64,000 bases of DNA from an uncultured delta proteobacterium (lineage in GTDB: Bacteria; Myxococcota; Myxococcia; Myxococcales; Myxococcaceae): contig CAVSWU010000003.1 of the NCBI GenBank assembly GCA_963731795.1, positions 838,216 to 902,215 on the forward strand, read 5' to 3'. Both the position numbers and the translations under genes were made by a program. The notes below the pieces were generated by a model. The model made no database searches. It saw nothing but the letters and a program-made list of their open reading frames with translations, and was not told the DNA's origin. Each line of letters opens with the position of its first letter. The first letter of the stretch is position 1. This document shows, piece by piece, positions 59,196 through 64,000 of this stretch.

Positions 59196-60826
59196 CGCTT
59201 CTCCGGCTACCTGACGGCGGAACACCCGGGTGATGCTGGACAGGAGGCCGCCGCCACTCCTCGGGCTGCTCGGGGCTCGGTACCGGGGGCGGCTCCTTCG
59301 GGAGCGCCTCCTCGATGGCCTTCTTGAGCGCCTCGGGCGTGTCCCGAGTGGCCAGATCCACCTTCTTCATGGTGGCGCCGTCCTCCACCAGCACCTGGAG
59401 GAGGCACTCCTCGGTCAGCTTGAAGTCGATCTTCCGCCCGGCGAACGCCGCGGGCAGGCGCACCGTGCCCAGGTACTCGTTGTCCACGATCAGGTCGCTG
59501 TCGCCCTGGTAGATGTCCAGCTCGATGTGGGCCGAGCTCGCGGCGTTGGGGGTCGGCAGCCGGAAGCTCTTCACCAGCGGGATGAGCGAGTTCTTGTCGA
59601 TGATGCGCTTGACGCGGTTGTTGGGCAGCCCGTAGCCGATGGGCATGGACACCGCGTCCAGCAGCGTCACCGAGTCGAGGCTGCCCAGCGAGTCGCCCAG
59701 CAGCGCCGCGCCCAGGGCCACGCACTCGTCCGGGTGCACGCCCTTGCGCGGCGGCTTGCCGAAGTGCTCCTGGATCTTCTGCTGCACCAGCGGCATGCGG
59801 CTCTGACCGCCCACGAGGATGATCTCGTCGATCTCCGAGCGCTTGATGCCCTTCTCCTCGAGCACGCGGTCGCAGATCTCGAAGGTGCGGTTCACCAGGT
59901 CGCCCGTGAGCGCGTTGAGCACGTCTCGGGTGAGCGGGATGCGCAGGTCCACCGGCTTGCCCTTGCGCTCCTCGATGAAGGGCAGATCGATGAGGACGTT
60001 GAGGCGCAGGGTGAGATCGATCTTCGCGGCCTCGGCGGCGTTCTTGATGCGCTGCAGGGCGATGGGGCTCTGCGGTGAGATCGATCTTGTGCTCCTCGAG
60101 GAACTTCTCGAGGACGTAGTCGATCACCCGGTTGTCGAAGTCCACGCCGCCCAGGAAGGTGTCACCGCCGGTGGCGAGCACCTCGAAGACGTTGCCGGTG
60201 AGCTGGAGCACGGACACGTCGAAGGTGCCGCCGCCCAGATCGTACACGAGGATCTTCTGATCCAGGCCGCGGTTGAAGCCGTAGGCGAGCGCGGCGGCGG
60301 TGGGCTCGTTGACGATGCGCTTGACGTCGAAGCCGGCCAGGCGGCCCGCCTCCTTCACCGCGTTGCGCTGGTTGTCGTTGTAGTAGGCCGGGACGGAGAT
60401 GACGGCTTCCTGGATGGGCCCGCCGAGGAACTGCTCGGCGATGGTCTTCACCTGCCCGAGGATGAGGCTGGCCACGTGCGGCAGGGAGTACGTCTTGCCG
60501 CCCAGCACCACCGCCGCGTCCCCCTCCGGGCCCTCGACGATGTCGTAGTTGAAGTAGCCCTTGAGCTCCTCCACCACCTTGGAGTGGTACTTGCGCCCGA
60601 TGAGCCGCTTGGTGCCGTAGAGCGTGTTCTTCGGGTTGGTGACCATCTGGTCCTTGGCGACGCCGCCGACCAGGAGATCTCCCTTGCCCGAGAGCGCGAC
60701 CACGGACGGCAGGATCAGGTTGCCGCGGTCGGTGGGGACGATCTTCGGGATGCGGTTGCGCACCGACGCGACCAGCGTGTTGGTCGTGCCCAGGTCAATC
60801 CCGACGATGCGAGGTTTGTCCGCCAT
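59164..60826 (-). CDS. Hsp70-family chaperone (non-canonical DnaK/HscA-like), frameshifted near 60064-60067. The C-terminal frame is uncertain.
   Basis: [20 protein letters not shown]...[14 protein letters not shown]... KIDLT| then [19 protein letters not shown]...[22 protein letters not shown] in another frame, with one extra C in gagcccc. Confidence 0.8.
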
Positions 60827-60920
60827 GAGAATCGAGAGGCGCTGGCCTGATGGAGACTCACCGCCTGGTCCCACTCTGTATCACGTCAGGACCCTCCGTC
60901 GCCTGTTTCTGGCCACCGCG

Positions 60921-63039
60921 CTAGTTCTCGGCGCCGGGCTCGGGCTCCGGAGGGGTGCTCGGCGCAGGCTCGGCCCTCCCCTCCAACGCCCTCGTCCCCC
61001 CCAGGCGAGGGAGCACCGGGGTCTCCATCGCCTCCAGGATGAGCCGGTCATACGGCGCGTCCTCGGCCACGGGCAGCTCCTCGATGAAGCGCGACTGGCG
61101 GAGGATGATCCGGGCCCCGTCCTGGGGGTTGGTGGTCAGCGGGTAGGTGAGCGCCAGCTCGTCCTTGGCCCGGGTGACGGCCACGTAGAAGAGGCGCCGC
61201 TCCTCCTCCTCCTCCTCGGGGTTGCGGATGGCCGTGATCAGGGGGAAGCGCCCCTCGGACGAGCCAGATGACGAAGACGGCCTTCCACTCCAGCCCCTTG
61301 GCCTGGTGGACCGTGGAGAGCGTCAGGAACTCGTCCGGCTCCTCCCCGGAGATGGCGTCCTCGGCGGAGAACTCGGAGACGAGGGCGATCTCGGACAGGA
61401 AGCGCGGCAGATCCTCGAAGCGGCCGGCGTACTCGGCCAGCTGGCGGATGTCCTCCTCACGGCGCTCCTCGGCGACGAACTCGGCCCGGAGGTACTCGCC
61501 GTAGCCACCCGTCAGCACGTCCTCGATGAGCTGCCCCGGAGTGCGAGCCGCGTCCGGCCGGGTGAGCCGGGCCATCATCGCCGTGAAGCGGGTGAACCCC
61601 GCCGAGCCCTTCCGAGGCACATGGCGGCGGACGTCCGGGTGCCCCAGCCGCTCCTGGACGGGCTGCTCCGGCGGCAGGGCCTGGAGCGCGGTCCAGAGTG
61701 ACTCCGCGGTCGCCTGCCCTACCCCGGACACCAGCTTGATCACCCGCTTGAAGGCCAGCTCGTCGCCGGGGTTGTGGGCGAAGCGCAGGTGGGCCAGCAC
61801 ATCCTTGATGTGGGCCTGCTCGAAGAAGCGCACCCCGGAGCGTACCCGGAAGGGAATGCCCCGCTTCGTCAGCTCCAGCTGCAGCTCCATGGAGTGGCTG
61901 TGCGCCCGGTAGAGCACCGCCATCTCCTCCAGGGGCGTCCCCTCCTCGCGCAGCTCCAGCACGCGCTGGGCGACGAACGCCGCCTGCTCGTCCACGTCCT
62001 TCGTGGGCACCAGCACCGGCTTCGGGCCGCTGGGGCGCTCGGCCTTGAGCTGCTTGGGGAACTGGCGCTGGTTGAGGGCGATGGAGGCGTTGGCGAGCTG
62101 GAGGATCTCCGGCGTGGAGCGGTAGTTGCGCGTCAGCGGGTACACACCACAGTCCGGGTAGCGCTTGGGGAAGTCGATGATGTTGGTGAAGTCCGCGCCT
62201 CGGAAGCTGTAGATGGACTGGCAGTCGTCCCCCACCACCGTCAGGTTCTTGCGCTCCCCCACCAGCAGATCCACCAGATCCCCCTGGAGGCGGTTGGTGT
62301 CCTGGTACTCGTCCACGAGGACGCACTGGAAGCGCTCGACGAGCTGGGTGCGCACCGCGGGGTGCTCGGCCAGCAGCCGCTTGAGGTGCAGCAGCAGATC
62401 GTCGAAGTCCATCAGGTTCATGTGCTGCTTGCGCTGCTGGAAGCGCAGCGCGACGGCCAGCACCTCCTCCGCCAACGGGAGGAACTGCGGCCGGTCCTCC
62501 ACCAGCACCTCCGCCAGCGAGCGCTGGAGGTTGATGGCCGTGGAGACCAGATCCAGCACCACCTCCGCCCGGGGGAAGCGCCGCTCCTTCGAGATCTTCC
62601 GCTCGGCGATGCACGAGGCCATCAGATCCCTCGCGTCCTCGCGATCCAGCACCGTGAAGGCCTGGGAGAAGCCCAGGTTGTGGGCGAACTGGCGCAGCAG
62701 CGTGTGCGCCGCGTGGTGGAAGGTGCCGCCGAGGAGCCGGCGCACGTCCACGAAGCCACCGGCCAGCTCCTCCACCCGCCGCGTCATCTCGCGCGCGGCC
62801 TTGTTGGTGAAGGTGAGCAGCAGGATCCCCTCCGGAGGCACTCCGCGCTCCAGCAGCCGCGCCACTCGGAACGTCAGCGTCCGCGTCTTGCCCGAGCCCG
62901 CTCCAGCGATGACCAGCGCTGGCCCGTCTCCGGCCTCCACGGCCCGGAGCTGCTCCTCGTTGAGGAGCGCCGCGTAGTCGATCCGCAGGGCGGGCTTCGC
63001 CGGAGCAGCGACCTTCAGCGTGTAGGTGCGCGTGGCCAT
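60921..63039 (-). CDS. UvrD/PcrA/Rep-family ATP-dependent DNA helicase, frameshifted near 61255-61268.
   Basis: ALVIAGAGSGKTRTLTFRVA (Walker A)...VLVDEYQDTN...TVHQAKGLEWKAVFVI. The C-terminus RFPLITAIRNPEEEEEERRLFYVAVTRAKDELALTYP is in a shifted frame. Confidence 0.85.
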
Positions 63040-63089
63040 GAGCCTCCGGACTCTAACCCCCGCCCTCGCACCGGGCAGGGAAAATCCGT

Positions 63090-63956
63090 TCAGTTCCCGC
63101 GCGCCGAGATCGCCGCGAGCCGAGCCGCCGCCATGGAGCGGACCTCGGGCGACGGATCCCGATCCCTCGCCAGCTCCAGGAGCATCGGGGCGAGCTTCGG
63201 CAGCTTCGCCCCCACCGCCTCCAGCGCTGCCGTGCGCTCCTTCACCGCGCTACTCAGACGCTCGCGCACCTGCTGATCCCGGCACAGGCGCACGTTCGGG
63301 TTCTGCTCGCGCAGCAGCAGCTCCGCGTCCGCCAGCCGCGCCTCCGAGAGCTTCACCGCGTCCTGCGCCGCCCGCTCGAAGGTGTCCAGGTCCTCGGGGA
63401 ACTCCGTCGTCTGCTTGCGTGACTGGGCAATGGCGTCCGCCGCGAAGCGAGCATTCTCCGCCGCCGCGCAGAGCTGCCGGGCGGACGCCAGCGGCACTCC
63501 GCCCTCGGAGGATACCACCTCGTCCTTCGCCACCCCGAGCGCCCACAGCGCGAGCTGCCGCGCCGCCACCGCCGCGGAGAAGGGCTGGCGCCGCTCCTGG
63601 CGGATCTGCACCCAGCGGCGCAGCACCACCGGATCCGGGTTGTTCATGTCAAAGGAGCGCTGGTACTCGGTGGCCGCCTGATCGAGCTGCCCCGTCAGAT
63701 CCAGCAGCGCCGCGATGGTCAGGTACACCTCCGCGCTGCTCGCGCGCTCGCGCAGGCTCTCCAGCCGCACCGCCACCTCATACTCGGCCACATCGCGCGG
63801 CAGGGCGCGCAGCACGCTCTGGAGGCTCTCCAGCGCGTACAGGCGGATCAGCGGGTTGCGCGCCGTGCGGAAGGCCGTGAGCAGCGGCTCGAGGGCGCGC
63901 ACCGAGACGTGCTGCCCCAGTTCCTCCGCCGCCTGCCAGCGATCCAGCGGATCCAA
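63090..63956 (-). CDS. HEAT/ARM-like repeat protein. The N-terminus may extend beyond the listed start.
   Basis: Repeated helical units: ELGQHVSVRALEPLLTAFRTARNPLIRLYALESL...DRDPSPEVRSMAAARLAAI. Confidence 0.5.
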   Translation of the reverse strand: MDPLDRWQAAEELGQHVSVRALEPLLTAFRTARNPLIRLYALESLQSVLRALPRDVAEYEVAVRLESLRERASSAEVYLTIAALLDLTGQLDQAATEYQRSFDMNNPDPVVLRRWVQIRQERRQPFSAAVAARQLALWALGVAKDEVVSSEGGVPLASARQLCAAAENARFAADAIAQSRKQTTEFPEDLDTFERAAQDAVKLSEARLADAELLLREQNPNVRLCRDQQVRERLSSAVKERTAALEAVGAKLPKLAPMLLELARDRDPSPEVRSMAAARLAAISARGN

Positions 63957-64000
63957 CGCCCCGAGCGCCTGCTGCAGATCCCCGAGATCCCGCAGGTAGT

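Overview
This is a high-GC (~70%) bacterial chromosomal segment whose gene content and order look like Myxococcota (Myxococcus/Corallococcus-type). About 60 genes are supportable and most are housekeeping. They include pyruvate kinase, the carA-pyrC-pyrB pyrimidine operon, lepB-lepA, mnmA, cca, RtcB plus archease, two P-type ATPases, Hsp20, a DnaK-like Hsp70, a UvrD-like helicase and a sigma-54 activator. Two tRNAs are present, Arg(CCT) and Val(CAC).

The stand-out region is a ~10 kb minus-strand operon (20085..29991) immediately upstream of tRNA-Arg. It encodes, in order: a 45-55 aa peptide, a strong hairpin, three paralogous proteins that each fuse an N-terminal PqqD-like RiPP-recognition element to a heme-oxygenase-like (PF14518-type) putative di-iron oxidase, a HlyD-family membrane fusion protein, a C39-peptidase ABC transporter, and a second ABC transporter. 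An Asp/Glu-racemase-GNAT fusion gene is transcribed divergently from it. I interpret this as a candidate, apparently undescribed, RiPP-type biosynthesis and export system.

Other notable loci are an acyl-CoA ligase / E1α / E1β / E2 / ACP operon that lacks E3, and an FHA-sigma54 activator with a sigma-54 promoter driving a beta-propeller-diheme cytochrome c peroxidase.

The window carries at least 10 single-nucleotide homopolymer frameshifts in otherwise conserved genes (fadD-like, lepA, epimerase, C39-ABC, Hsp70, SCP2, uvrD and others). That density points to sequencing or assembly indels rather than true pseudogenes.

Many long ORFs in the six-frame track are GC-driven antisense artefacts and were rejected. 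All family assignments below are from reading motifs in the translations, not from database searches.
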